DNA from: a virus
Taxonomy: Duplodnaviria; Caudoviricetes
IMG/VR virus record: IMGVR_UViG_3300013121_000033
Coordinates: 161,160 to 225,159 of that record
DNA: 64,000 bases
Direction: 5' to 3' (one strand)
A model generated the notes under the pieces. It made no database searches. It saw only the letters and a program-made list of their open reading frames with translations, and had not been told where the DNA came from. Every line of letters begins with the position of its first letter. Within the stretch, counting starts at the first letter, position 1. Shown here piece by piece: positions 1 to 8,215 of the stretch. The translations under genes and the position numbers were made by a program.

Positions 1-450
1 GACGGTGTCGAGAGGGTGGCCGCTGGTGGCGTCGATGTCGTCGGGGTCCCACACGACCTCGGCGACCTTGACGCGTTCCCACAGGGTTTGGTCAGTCGGG
101 TGGACCACCCGGACGTCTTCGTTCGCCACGGCTGCGGTGTCGAAGTGCCAGGTGATCCCGCGGAACGACTGCGCTTCGTTCTCTGCGGGCCACAGCGCGT
201 CGGCTTCGACAGTGCGCCCAGCGGCGGTCACGATCAGGCGGTCGCCGCCCTCACCGCGGACGATGACGTCGCCGACACGAGGCACCCACGCCGGGGGCGG
301 TGGGGGTGGCGTGGATGGCCGGAACTCGGCGGCGAGCACCCGGAGGTCCGCAGCGACGTCTCGCTGACCCTTGCCGTCCCACCAGTCGGCGAGGACGTCG
401 AGCCGACGGCTGACTTGGCGGAGAGCGTCGTCGCGGGTTGGTTCAGCCAC
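1..450 (-). CDS. Hypothetical protein, runs off window start
   Basis: GTG at 450 just after the lipoprotein stop; the portion translated by hand (VAEPTRDDALRQ...) has no stop. Confidence 0.5.
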   Translation of the reverse strand, partial: MAEPTRDDALRQVSRRLDVLADWWDGKGQRDVAADLRVLAAEFRPSTPPPPPPAWVPRVGDVIVRGEGGDRLIVTAAGRTVEADALWPAENEAQSFRGITWHFDTAAVANEDVRVVHPTDQTLWERVKVAEVVWDPDDIDATSGHPLDTV

Positions 451-453
451 GAG

Positions 454-798
454 TCAGAACCCCGCGGCGTCGCAAGCGGCGCCCATGTCGATCGCCGCGG
501 CGGCGACGTCGTCGGCAGTGCCGGTCGTCATCGCTGCGACGAGTTCACGGGCAGACGACCGGATGTCGGCCTCCTCGGCGCCGGACGCGGAGTCCTCGAC
601 CTCTTGGAACTTCGCTCGGGCCTCGGCGTCGGTGAGGACCCCGTCGGCGATGTCGCCGACGATGTTGCGGAAGTGGGTGCACGCGAGATCGGCACCGGCC
701 GACCCGGAGCCGTCGTCACCGTAGCCGTCGGTGCACGCGGCCGTGGCGGCGAGCGCGACGATGGCGAGAGCAGCAGCGCGGCGCATCGTGGTGGTCAT
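454..798 (-). CDS. Putative lipoprotein
   Basis: Basic N-terminus, hydrophobic stretch, lipobox-like TAAC; GGAGG RBS. Confidence 0.65.
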   Translation of the reverse strand: MTTTMRRAAALAIVALAATAACTDGYGDDGSGSAGADLACTHFRNIVGDIADGVLTDAEARAKFQEVEDSASGAEEADIRSSARELVAAMTTGTADDVAAAAIDMGAACDAAGF

Positions 799-904
799 GG
801 TGTTCCTCCTAGGACGTCGCGTCCGCGTGGCTCGGCGAGCGCTCGGACCTTGGACTGGTTGCCGGTGAGCAGGTAGTGCTCGCCCACCACGATCTCAGAT
901 GCTT

Positions 905-1372
905 TCACGGGGTCCCCTCCCGGTTGTCGAGGCTGTCGAGGTGGATGAGGAACTGGCGGCGCATCGCGACTTCCCCACCGGCGGACGGCGACTTCTCGTT
1001 CGTGAACGTCTGCCACCCGCACGAGCAGGTGACGGTCGTCCCGTACGAGGTGGTGTTGCTGCCCCACCGGGTGCCGAGACGGCGTGCCGTGTAGCGGGGA
1101 ACGTGGCCTTCGATGCCGTCGAGGGCGGTGTGGACCGGGGCGATGCGGGCGCAGCGACCGCAGTCCCTCGGGGCTCCACGGCCGGGGGCGTCGTCGTCGG
1201 ACACGGCTTGACCGGGGGCGGCCCCACAGATCGGCACGACGTGGATCAAGTCGCCGCTTGGGCCGTAGTAGTGCCTGACGCGGGCAAGGTGTCGGACTGT
1301 GCTCGGCGACCCGCCCACCGGGCGAACCACCGTCGCGATCAACGACCCGACCGGAGTGAGCGCTGCGGTCAT
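905..1372 (-). CDS. Hypothetical Cys-rich protein
   Basis: ATGA overlap with upstream gene; CGRC and CSC motifs. Confidence 0.5.
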   Translation of the reverse strand: MTAALTPVGSLIATVVRPVGGSPSTVRHLARVRHYYGPSGDLIHVVPICGAAPGQAVSDDDAPGRGAPRDCGRCARIAPVHTALDGIEGHVPRYTARRLGTRWGSNTTSYGTTVTCSCGWQTFTNEKSPSAGGEVAMRRQFLIHLDSLDNREGTP

Positions 1373-1713
1373 CGGTCTGTTCCCTTCGCCTTGCGCCATG
1401 CGGCGACCAACTCTTTCACTGCGGCGGCACGGGTGTACCCGAAACCGTCGTCACGCCACGTCCGGCGCTGCTGCGACCGGAGTTCGGGGATGAGATTGGC
1501 CTTCCACTCGACCGCGTAACCGATCAAACCCGTCGTGTACCGAAGCCCCTTCGGCTTCCGGCGGGATGCTTCGGAGTGCTTCTCGACGTGACCGATGAGG
1601 ACGCCGTTGAGGTACACCTCGTACCGGGCGGGCTTGTGGATCGTGTCGCCGACGGCTATGGCATATGTGCTCGGCTCGACTGCCTTGAAGATGACCGTGT
1701 CGTCGTTGTCCAT
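1369..1713 (-). CDS. Hypothetical protein (MDND cassette gene)
   Basis: ATG 6 nt after the -10 of the repeated promoter; starts MDNDDTVIFKAVEPS. Confidence 0.7.
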   Translation of the reverse strand: MDNDDTVIFKAVEPSTYAIAVGDTIHKPARYEVYLNGVLIGHVEKHSEASRRKPKGLRYTTGLIGYAVEWKANLIPELRSQQRRTWRDDGFGYTRAAAVKELVAAWRKAKGTDR

Positions 1714-1750
1714 GACCACATGGTACCGCCGACGTTATGGTCACGTCAAC
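1702..1750 (-). promoter_or_regulatory. Repeated promoter/operator cassette P1
   Basis: GTTGACGTGACCATAAC; TTGACG-18-TACCAT-6-ATGGACAACGAC. Confidence 0.8.
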
Positions 1751-1867
1751 ACTCCCGGGGTCGTGGTACGGTGCCCCGAGGTTCGTCCGAGTCGGAAGGG
1801 AGGTGGTGGTCGTGGATTGGTTCCCGCCTGGCGGCAAGTAACTGCCCCAGACGAGAGGAACTTCACG

Positions 1868-2629
1868 ATGCCCACCTACGGTGCCGCGAAGCGGCGCGAC
1901 ATGATCCGTTCCGTGCTGCCGTCGTCCCGCTATCGGACGGCGAGCGCTGACAAGCGGACGACGAATCGGCGGCTCCGCCGTGCTGTCCGCCTCAACCTGG
2001 CGCGCCTCGACGGCGACGATCTCACGGACCGCGCCTACGCGAACATCGGTGCCGCTGAGGGCTGGTATCGCCGGGACATCTACGAGATCGTGTTCGACCG
2101 CCGCCAGGGCGACAAGGCGTCGGCGCTTGAACGGTGGGCGCCGCACCAGGTGGCCCACATTCGGATCGAGGACCGGTTGTCGCGGATGGCGGCGATGCTG
2201 CCCGACTCGACGGTCGGCCGTCACGCTCTCGACCATCTGCGATGGCTGCCCGAGTTCGAGGTCGAACCGCGGTACCGGTGGCGGCCCACTCCGGAGGAAT
2301 GGGCTCGTCGGGATCGTGAAGAGTGGATCGCCGCGTGCCGGTATGCGGCGATCCGGGCGCGGCTGCTGTGGGTGTGGGACCACGACCTGATCGGCGTGTT
2401 CAACGCTCAGGTCGCGCAGGCTCCGGACATCGCTCGTGGCGGGGTCGACGACCCGGGGTATCCGCCTGTCGAGCGGCGGAACCACCACGCTGCGGTCGGG
2501 TTGGTCGACGGCGGCGGGATCGACTCGTGGCTGTGCGCGAACCTGGTGTCTCGGACGGCGTGGCGGCCGCGGCCGACGGACCTGCCGCGGCGGCTCGAAG
2601 CGTGGCTCGCTGACGTCGCCCCGTTCTAG
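1868..2629 (+). CDS. Hypothetical Arg-rich protein
   Basis: GAGAGGA RBS before ATG 1868; 253 aa protein-like ORF. Confidence 0.6.
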   Translation: MPTYGAAKRRDMIRSVLPSSRYRTASADKRTTNRRLRRAVRLNLARLDGDDLTDRAYANIGAAEGWYRRDIYEIVFDRRQGDKASALERWAPHQVAHIRIEDRLSRMAAMLPDSTVGRHALDHLRWLPEFEVEPRYRWRPTPEEWARRDREEWIAACRYAAIRARLLWVWDHDLIGVFNAQVAQAPDIARGGVDDPGYPPVERRNHHAAVGLVDGGGIDSWLCANLVSRTAWRPRPTDLPRRLEAWLADVAPF

Positions 2630-3099
2630 ACGGACCGAAGCTTCGGCGGCCGCGGTTCGTCTGCCGGTTTGCCGACGACTTCGCATCCGTCGTCACCGCA
2701 GAGGAACCCGACGCCTGTCTCCGGGTCGGGCAGGTAGAACCAGCGGGGTGCGTAACCGGTGAGGGTCGCGAGACGGCGGACGTCGTCGACGGTCGGGATG
2801 ATCGTTCCCGCTTCCCACCCGTCGACCACCGTGTCGAACGCGTCGGCGACGCCGAGCGCTTCGTCGACCTCGGGGCCTTCCATGCCGTTGAGGTCGAGAA
2901 CCATCGTGATCCGTGACGGGCTCGGCCGGTCAGCGAGCCGGGTGAGTCCACCGCGGTCCACCTGCGGGTCGACGTGAGGGACTTCGGGATGGAGGGGGAC
3001 CGGTGCTGGGTGTTCCTCGACGAGCCCGCCGCCGGGCCGGTAGCAGCGGACCCAGAGCCGACCGTGTTCGTCGCGACGCCACCAGTCCGGTTGTCCCAC
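2626..3099 (-). CDS. XRE-like HTH protein (start uncertain)
   Basis: VDEALGV...VDGWEAGTIIPTVDDVRRLATLTG resembles Cro/C1-type HTH. Confidence 0.5.
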   Translation of the reverse strand: MGQPDWWRRDEHGRLWVRCYRPGGGLVEEHPAPVPLHPEVPHVDPQVDRGGLTRLADRPSPSRITMVLDLNGMEGPEVDEALGVADAFDTVVDGWEAGTIIPTVDDVRRLATLTGYAPRWFYLPDPETGVGFLCGDDGCEVVGKPADEPRPPKLRSV

Positions 3100-3113
3100 G
3101 CCACGAAGATAGA

Positions 3114-3189
3114 TGGTGCCCCTGGTAGGACTCGAACCTACGCACGCGGCTTCGTAGGCCGCTGCTCTCTCCAACTGAGCTACAGGAGC
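3114..3189 (-). tRNA. tRNA-Arg(ACG)
   Basis: Cloverleaf; gcggc-CTACGAA-gccgc; GTTCGA T-loop; CCA encoded. Confidence 0.92.
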
Positions 3190-3190
3190 T

Positions 3191-3266
3191 TGGTGGGTCA
3201 GGTGGGGCTCGAACCCACGACCGTCCGATTAAAAGTCGGTGGCTCTACCAACTGAGCTACTGGCCC
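3191..3266 (-). tRNA. tRNA-Lys(TTT)
   Basis: ccga-CTTTTAA-tcgg; canonical D and T arms; CCA. Confidence 0.92.
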
Positions 3267-3268
3267 GA

Positions 3269-3354
3269 GGTGGGTGCGGTGGGATTCGAACCCACGAAGG
3301 CTTGCGCCGCTGGATTAAGAGTCCAGACCCGTTGACCGCTTGGGTAACGCACCC
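3269..3354 (-). tRNA. Long-variable-arm tRNA with CTT (Lys) anticodon, Tyr-like body
   Basis: GGGTGCG/CGCACCC acceptor; ctgga-CTCTTAA-tccag; variable arm cggcgcaagccttc; GTTCGAATCC. Confidence 0.8.
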
Positions 3355-3358
3355 GTGT

Positions 3359-3435
3359 TGGTGCCCCCGGCCCGGTTCGAACGGGCGACCTTCCCCTCCG
3401 GAGGGGGACGCTCTATCCGACTGAGCTACGAGAGC
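3359..3435 (-). tRNA. tRNA-Arg(CCG)
   Basis: tcccc-CTCCGGA-gggga; CCA. Confidence 0.9.
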
Positions 3436-3454
3436 GAGACTGCTGTGTTGCCCG

Positions 3455-3528
3455 CTGCGCCCCTGGGCCTCGAACCCAGAACATCCGCCTTAACAGGACG
3501 GTCCCCCTGCCAGTAGGGGCCGAGCGCA
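3455..3528 (-). tRNA. tRNA-Asn(GTT), atypical D arm
   Basis: ccgtc-CTGTTAA-ggcgg; G discriminator; G at position 8. Confidence 0.75.
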
Positions 3529-3566
3529 ATCGCTAACTGTCACACCTCCTGGTTACCGTCTCGGCG

Positions 3567-3965
3567 ATGCCCTACAAAGACCGCGAGGCGCAACGCGCCT
3601 ACCAGCGTGAGTGGATGGCGCGCCGTCGCCGCGAGTGGATCGAGGCTCACGGCCCGTGTGTCGACTGCGGGTCGTGGACCGACGACCTGGAAGTCGACCA
3701 CGCCGATCCCGCTTCGAAGGTGATGAATCCCACGTTGGTCTGGTCGCGACGAGCCGCAGTCCGCGACGCCGAGTTGGCGAAGTGCGTCGTCCGCTGCCAC
3801 AACTGCCATCTCCGCAAGACATCTCATGAGCGGGCACCTCAGCACGGAACGGACAACATGTACGGCAAACACGGTTGCCGCTGCGATCCATGCCGAGCGG
3901 CTAGGGCGAGGGCTAAGAAGGCGAATCGTGACAGACGGAAGGCGTTGGGCCTAGCCCGCCAGTAG
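3567..3965 (+). CDS. HNH endonuclease-like protein within tRNA cluster
   Basis: CVDC..LEVDH..RCHNCH motif; C-terminal HGT..Y..CRCDPC. Confidence 0.8.
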   Translation: MPYKDREAQRAYQREWMARRRREWIEAHGPCVDCGSWTDDLEVDHADPASKVMNPTLVWSRRAAVRDAELAKCVVRCHNCHLRKTSHERAPQHGTDNMYGKHGCRCDPCRAARARAKKANRDRRKALGLARQ

Positions 3966-3984
3966 ACGGCCTAAACGCCTAATC

Positions 3985-4060
3985 GGTGACCGACCGGGTT
4001 CGAACCGGCACGTCGCACGGGGACACAACCCGCGGCTCTACCTGTTGAGCTACGGTCACC
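3985..4060 (-). tRNA. tRNA-His(GTG)
   Basis: 8-bp acceptor with G-1; gcggg-TTGTGTC-cccgt. Confidence 0.88.
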
Positions 4061-5075
4061 ACGAGCGGGGCCAGACGACGAGCGAGTACGCGGTCAGGCC
4101 CCGGCGGGGTTGCGATGTCGCAGCCCGCGCCGTCGCTTTCGGCGCGCAGCAGCGTCGACAAGTTTGTCGCGGAGCGCAGCAGCGAAGGCGTCGGCGGAGG
4201 TCACGCCCGACACGGTACCGGGACAGGTGCGGCGTGTCGACCGATTTCTCGGGGTGGTGTCGGGCGCCGCGGTTCGCGCACGCCTGCTCCGTCGCCGCCA
4301 CGGCCGGGGGTGAACACGGCAACGACGGGACCGACCCGTCTCATAGATGCCACGTCTGCGACTGCGGCGGCGAGCGCAGAAAGACGGACGTCAGCGGCGG
4401 CCGGTCGGCGGGTCGCTACGGTCACGGTGACCTCGGACCCGGCTGTGAGGAACAAACGGAGCTTCGCTGCTTCGTAGCGGGGCAGCCCCTCGATGGAGGG
4501 GCGGACCGTCATCTGCTCGATCCGGCAGCCTCGATCTTGTAGACCTCGCGGAGCGGGATGCGCCACGCCTGCCGTCGCGTCACGGTCCCGTCTGCGTTGA
4601 CCGACGTGATCGTCGTCTCTTGCGGGAGTGCGGAACTGGTGTTGCGGGTCATCGCCGCGTGACGTTAGCCGCGGCGGGCGAGTTCGGCGTCGATCGCTGC
4701 GATCGCCCGGTCAGCGAACTCGGCGACTGTGACACCAGCGGCGGCGGCCCCGGCAGCGAACTGGTCGCGGCGGAGCGTGACGCGTGGTTTCGGTGGGAGA
4801 CGTGGGCGGACGGTCGGCTGTGGGCGGGTCGGCTGTGTGCCTTTCGGGGTGACCCGGCCGCCGCCTTTCTTCGGGCGGGCCATGTCACTCCACCACGGTG
4901 AGCGCGTTCGATCCGTAGGTGGCAGTCCGGTCGGTGCCGTCGATGTCGACGACCACAGACCATCCGTTGCTGTCCTCGCCGACGACACCCGTGACGCCGT
5001 CGTTGGCGACGACCCGGGTTCCGGCGGTGAACGTCTCGCGGGCGATCCGCAGGGCGCGGCGCACCTCGGGCGGGG

Positions 5076-5507
5076 TCAGTGCCCCCATGCCGCGTCCTCC
5101 GCTGCCATCGCCTGCTCCTCGCGGACCAGGCGGTCCATCTCGGCGACGTCGAAGTCCTCGACGTACTCGGGGGGTTCGTGCTTGTGGTCGGCGACACAGA
5201 ACCCGCAGACCGACACGAGCGGGTCGCCGTTGATGTCGTACTGCGTGGAGGCGAACAGGTCGGCGGCCTCAGCGACCAGTTGGGAGTGGGCGCCGATGTC
5301 GCAGGCGTCGCAGCCGCCGATGACGTTGCCGTCGATCCCGGTAGCCGCCATGGCCTGTGCGAGCGCCTTCACGGTCGGCAGGTTGGCGTGGTCGACAGCG
5401 AGCTTCGCTGCGGCGGCGCACACGGCTTCGAGGACGGAGTCGCACTGTGCGTCCGAGAGCCGAACGACCGTGTCGGAGTCCGGGGTGGTGTCGTTGTCGT
5501 TGTCCAT
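5076..5507 (-). CDS. Hypothetical protein (MDND cassette gene), two CxxC motifs
   Basis: Leaderless ATG after P2; CDAC and CGFC. Confidence 0.7.
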   Translation of the reverse strand: MDNDNDTTPDSDTVVRLSDAQCDSVLEAVCAAAAKLAVDHANLPTVKALAQAMAATGIDGNVIGGCDACDIGAHSQLVAEAADLFASTQYDINGDPLVSVCGFCVADHKHEPPEYVEDFDVAEMDRLVREEQAMAAEDAAWGH

Positions 5508-5543
5508 GACCCCACCCTACCCGAATGTTGTGGTCACGTCAAC
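5496..5543 (-). promoter_or_regulatory. Repeated promoter/operator cassette P2
   Basis: GTTGACGTGACCACAAC; TTGACG-17-TAGGGT-6-ATGGACAACGAC. Confidence 0.85.
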
Positions 5544-5847
5544 GTTTGCGGATGGTGGCGGCGAGTTCCCGCTTGATGGCGTTCAACTCGGCGAACCTGA
5601 CCATCCCGTCAGCGATCTCCGTTTCCGTCTCCCGGAGCCAGTGCTCCGACGCGGCAGGCCACCGGACGCGGTCCTGGCCGTACACAGCCACGATTGACAT
5701 GACAAGATCAACGAGCGTCTGGCGGAGAACCACGAGGTCCCTGGCCGCCACGTCGCAGGCCGCGGAGATGTCGTCGAGTTCCGAAGCCAGTTCGTCCAAC
5801 GACCACGTAGCGATCGTGTCAGCGTCCATGATCGTCCGAACCGTCAC
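5539..5847 (-). CDS. Hypothetical helical protein
   Basis: GTGA overlap with micro-ORF; its stop lies in the TTGA of P2. Confidence 0.6.
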   Translation of the reverse strand: MTVRTIMDADTIATWSLDELASELDDISAACDVAARDLVVLRQTLVDLVMSIVAVYGQDRVRWPAASEHWLRETETEIADGMVRFAELNAIKRELAATIRKR

Positions 5848-5897
5848 CGAGCCCGAGCGGCCGCCTGGTCGGTGAGAGAGATCGTGTCGTTGTCCAT
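5844..5897 (-). CDS. 17-aa micro-ORF MDNDTISLTDQAAARAR
   Basis: Leaderless ATG after P3; stop overlaps next GTG. Confidence 0.5.
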   Translation of the reverse strand: MDNDTISLTDQAAARAR

Positions 5898-5933
5898 GTG
5901 CACACCCTACGTGCCCGTTGTCGTCACGTCAAC
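5886..5933 (-). promoter_or_regulatory. Repeated promoter/operator cassette P3
   Basis: GTTGACGTGACGACAAC; TTGACG-17-TAGGGT-6-ATGGACAACGAC. Confidence 0.85.
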
Positions 5934-6111
5934 GTTGGGGGTGATGCGGGCGATCCATTCGCTCGTCGTCTCGTCAGGGCGGCGGTCGTGCTTGCGGGCC
6001 TTCGGCACGGACGCCATCTCCAAGACCGTCCCGAGGTTGGCCTCGCCACGTCGAGTACCGACCGCGCGTCCCATGTTCTCGGTGCCCACAGACGACACAA
6101 GCTAGCGTTTG

Positions 6112-6183
6112 AGCGCCCCCCGGGAGTCGAACCCGGTTTCCACGCTTTGCAGGCGCAGCCCTCGCCGTCCGGTGCCGAGGCGC
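6112..6183 (-). tRNA. tRNA-Cys(GCA), atypical D arm
   Basis: tgcgc-CTGCAAA-gcgtg; U discriminator; GTTCGACTCC. Confidence 0.75.
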
Positions 6184-6188
6184 ATCGC

Positions 6189-6245
6189 TACCTTCGACCT
6201 CACCCTTATCAGGGGTGCGCTCTAAACCTGCTGAGCTACCTGCCG
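6189..6245 (-). pseudogene. Truncated tRNA-Ile(GAT), T arm and 3' acceptor missing
   Basis: TAGCTCAG..AGAGC D arm and caccc-CTGATAA-gggtg, then sequence runs into tRNA-Cys. Confidence 0.75.
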
Positions 6246-6246
6246 T

Positions 6247-6322
6247 TGGAGCGACCGACCGGATTCGAACCGGTACAACCAGGGTGGGGTCCTGGCGTGC
6301 TAACCGTTCACACTACGGTCGC
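6247..6322 (-). tRNA. tRNA-Gly(CCC)
   Basis: ccagg-ACCCCAC-cctgg; U discriminator plus CCA. Confidence 0.85.
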
Positions 6323-6337
6323 AGAGGTTGTGTGCGT

Positions 6338-6411
6338 TGGAGCGGATCACCGGAATCGAACCGGTTCTTCCAGGGTGGCGTCCTGGTGTGCGGCCTTCAC
6401 ACCCGACCCGC
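6338..6411 (-). tRNA. tRNA-Gly(GCC)
   Basis: ccagg-ACGCCAC-cctgg; U discriminator plus CCA. Confidence 0.8.
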
Positions 6412-6412
6412 A

Positions 6413-6489
6413 TGGCGCCACCGAAGGGACTCGAACCCTCGACCTTCCGCTCGACAAGCGGCTGCTCTCACCATCTGAGCTACGGCGGC
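6413..6489 (-). tRNA. tRNA-Asp(GTC)
   Basis: ccgc-TTGTCGA-gcgg; G discriminator plus CCA. Confidence 0.9.
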
Positions 6490-6506
6490 ATAGATGAAGT
6501 TGTCAG

Positions 6507-6581
6507 GGTGCCCTCGCCAGGATTCGAACCCGGGCTCGTACCGTTAGGACCGGTCTGCTCTATCCGCTGAGCTACGAGGGC
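6507..6581 (-). tRNA. tRNA-Arg(CCT)
   Basis: accg-GTCCTAA-cggt; GGATAGAGC D loop. Confidence 0.87.
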
Positions 6582-6642
6582 GTGACGGTCGATGTTCCTG
6601 TTCTGTGCCTTCGCTTCACGATTCGTCGTTCCTTTCAATCGG

Positions 6643-6720
6643 TGGAGCCGGTGGTCGGACTTGAACCGACAACCTGACGTATACAAGACGCCTGCTCTAT
6701 CCAAGTTGAGCTACACCGGC
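6643..6720 (-). tRNA. tRNA-Thr(TGT)
   Basis: ggcgt-CTTGTAT-acgtc; CCA. Confidence 0.9.
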
Positions 6721-6722
6721 AT

Positions 6723-6798
6723 TGGAGCCCTCGCCCGGGATCGAACCGGGGACCTCATCCCTACCATGGATGCGCTCTACCAACTGAGCTACGGGGGC
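6723..6798 (-). tRNA. tRNA-Thr(GGT)
   Basis: catcc-ATGGTAG-ggatg; CCA. Confidence 0.9.
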
Positions 6799-6799
6799 G

Positions 6800-6875
6800 T
6801 GGAGCCTGTGACCCGGATCGAACGGGTGACCTCCGCTTTACGAGAGCGGCGCTCTACCAACTGAGCTACACAGGC
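6800..6875 (-). tRNA. tRNA-Thr(CGT)
   Basis: ccgct-CTCGTAA-agcgg; CCA. Confidence 0.92.
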
Positions 6876-6894
6876 AACGATGTTTTGCCTTGCG

Positions 6895-6970
6895 TGGTCC
6901 AGGTCGGAATCGAACCGACGACCCCTCGCGTTTCAGGCGAGTGCTCTCTCCGAGTCTGAGCTACTGGACC
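6895..6970 (-). tRNA. tRNA-Phe(GAA)
   Basis: ctcgc-CTGAAAC-gcgag; canonical arms. Confidence 0.9.
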
Positions 6971-7373
6971 GAGAACCGATCCAGCCTGCTCGACGGGATC
7001 AGCGACAACGTCCGCCGCCGATCCCGGTGGTATCGGTGATACCTCGGGGACCGGCGGTGGGGAATGTCCTGATCGTCAGCGTCGAACGCATGACAGCGAC
7101 ACTACGACACCCGACCGGTGAACGTCTACCGGTTTCTCGCGACCACGGCGAGGTACCGGTCTGCGAGTTCGGACGCGACAGCGTGGTGGGCGAAGATGAG
7201 CGTGACCCCGTTCGCTGCGGGGGGCCAACACGTCGCTGCGAACTGGGGTAGCTGAGCGTCGGCGGGGAGGGAGCCCGTCTCGTTCAGCGTCGCGTACTCG
7301 GCGTGGAGCGTCGCGAGGTAGTCGTCGGTGAACGTTCGGGCGAGTTCGTCAGCGCGTCTCATCGGTGCTCGTT

Positions 7374-7649
7374 TCAGTCGGTGGGTGTCTCGTTGAGGCC
7401 GTCGTTCGCCGACCGGTACATGTCGTAGATGTCCTTGCACGCCTGGCACATCGGCAACCGGCGCGGGTCGCGGGACGGCACCCAGACGTGGCCGCACAAC
7501 GCTTCGAGCGGGGTCCCCTCGATGCGGGCAGTGAGCACCTTGTCCGCCGCGTTCTCACCGGGACGGGTCTTGACGATGTGAGCGACCGGGCCGTCCTCAG
7601 TCGCAGTCGTATCGGACGGGATCGTCGAAGGGGACTCGATGGTGGTCAA
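7374..7649 (-). CDS. DUF3039 family protein
   Basis: AHIV..GTPLEALCGHVWVPSRDP..PMCQACKDIY fits the actinobacterial DUF3039 pattern. Confidence 0.8.
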   Translation of the reverse strand: MTTIESPSTIPSDTTATEDGPVAHIVKTRPGENAADKVLTARIEGTPLEALCGHVWVPSRDPRRLPMCQACKDIYDMYRSANDGLNETPTD

Positions 7650-8215
7650 CGGTCACTTCCTGGTCTTGGGTTTGCGGTTTGCGGGCGGGGTGCTTCCCGC
7701 GTCCCGCTCGGATGCGGGCGTGGCCGCGGGCGTGCCACGGTTCGATCGGGTGTTGCTTGCGCCACTCGGCGAGTAGACGGGCGTGTTCGCGCATGGCTGC
7801 GGCGAGGTCGTCGGGGTGGGCGGCACGGGCCTGTTCCCACAGACTGCGGTAGGTCCCGCGGCGGCTCTCGCGGTTCACTGACGGAGGCATCGAGTTCAGC
7901 CTTCGATCTCTCGGCGGGCCTGTTCGTAGCCGCCGCGGTCAACTTGCTTCCATCGTGGCGGCAGGACCACGGTCGCTTCGATCGGGACACGGGTCATGAG
8001 GTGCATCGTGTCGTCCGGGGTCGGGTAGTGGTCGATCGCGCCGACAGCGCGTTCCACGGGGAACGGGACGACAGGTCCGGTCTTGCCGGGGGTGACGACC
8101 TGGACGTCGATCACGGAGTCGGCGGCGACCCAGTCGGGAACGAGTTCCTTCGGGAGGCGAACGAACCGGGCGTCGGCAACGAAGTAGACGTTCGCGTCCG
8201 GTGGGGTGGGGCGGG

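Noticed and set aside
5898-6864. ORFs called across the tRNA cluster
   Set aside because: They overlap clear tRNA genes and their translations reflect tRNA sequence
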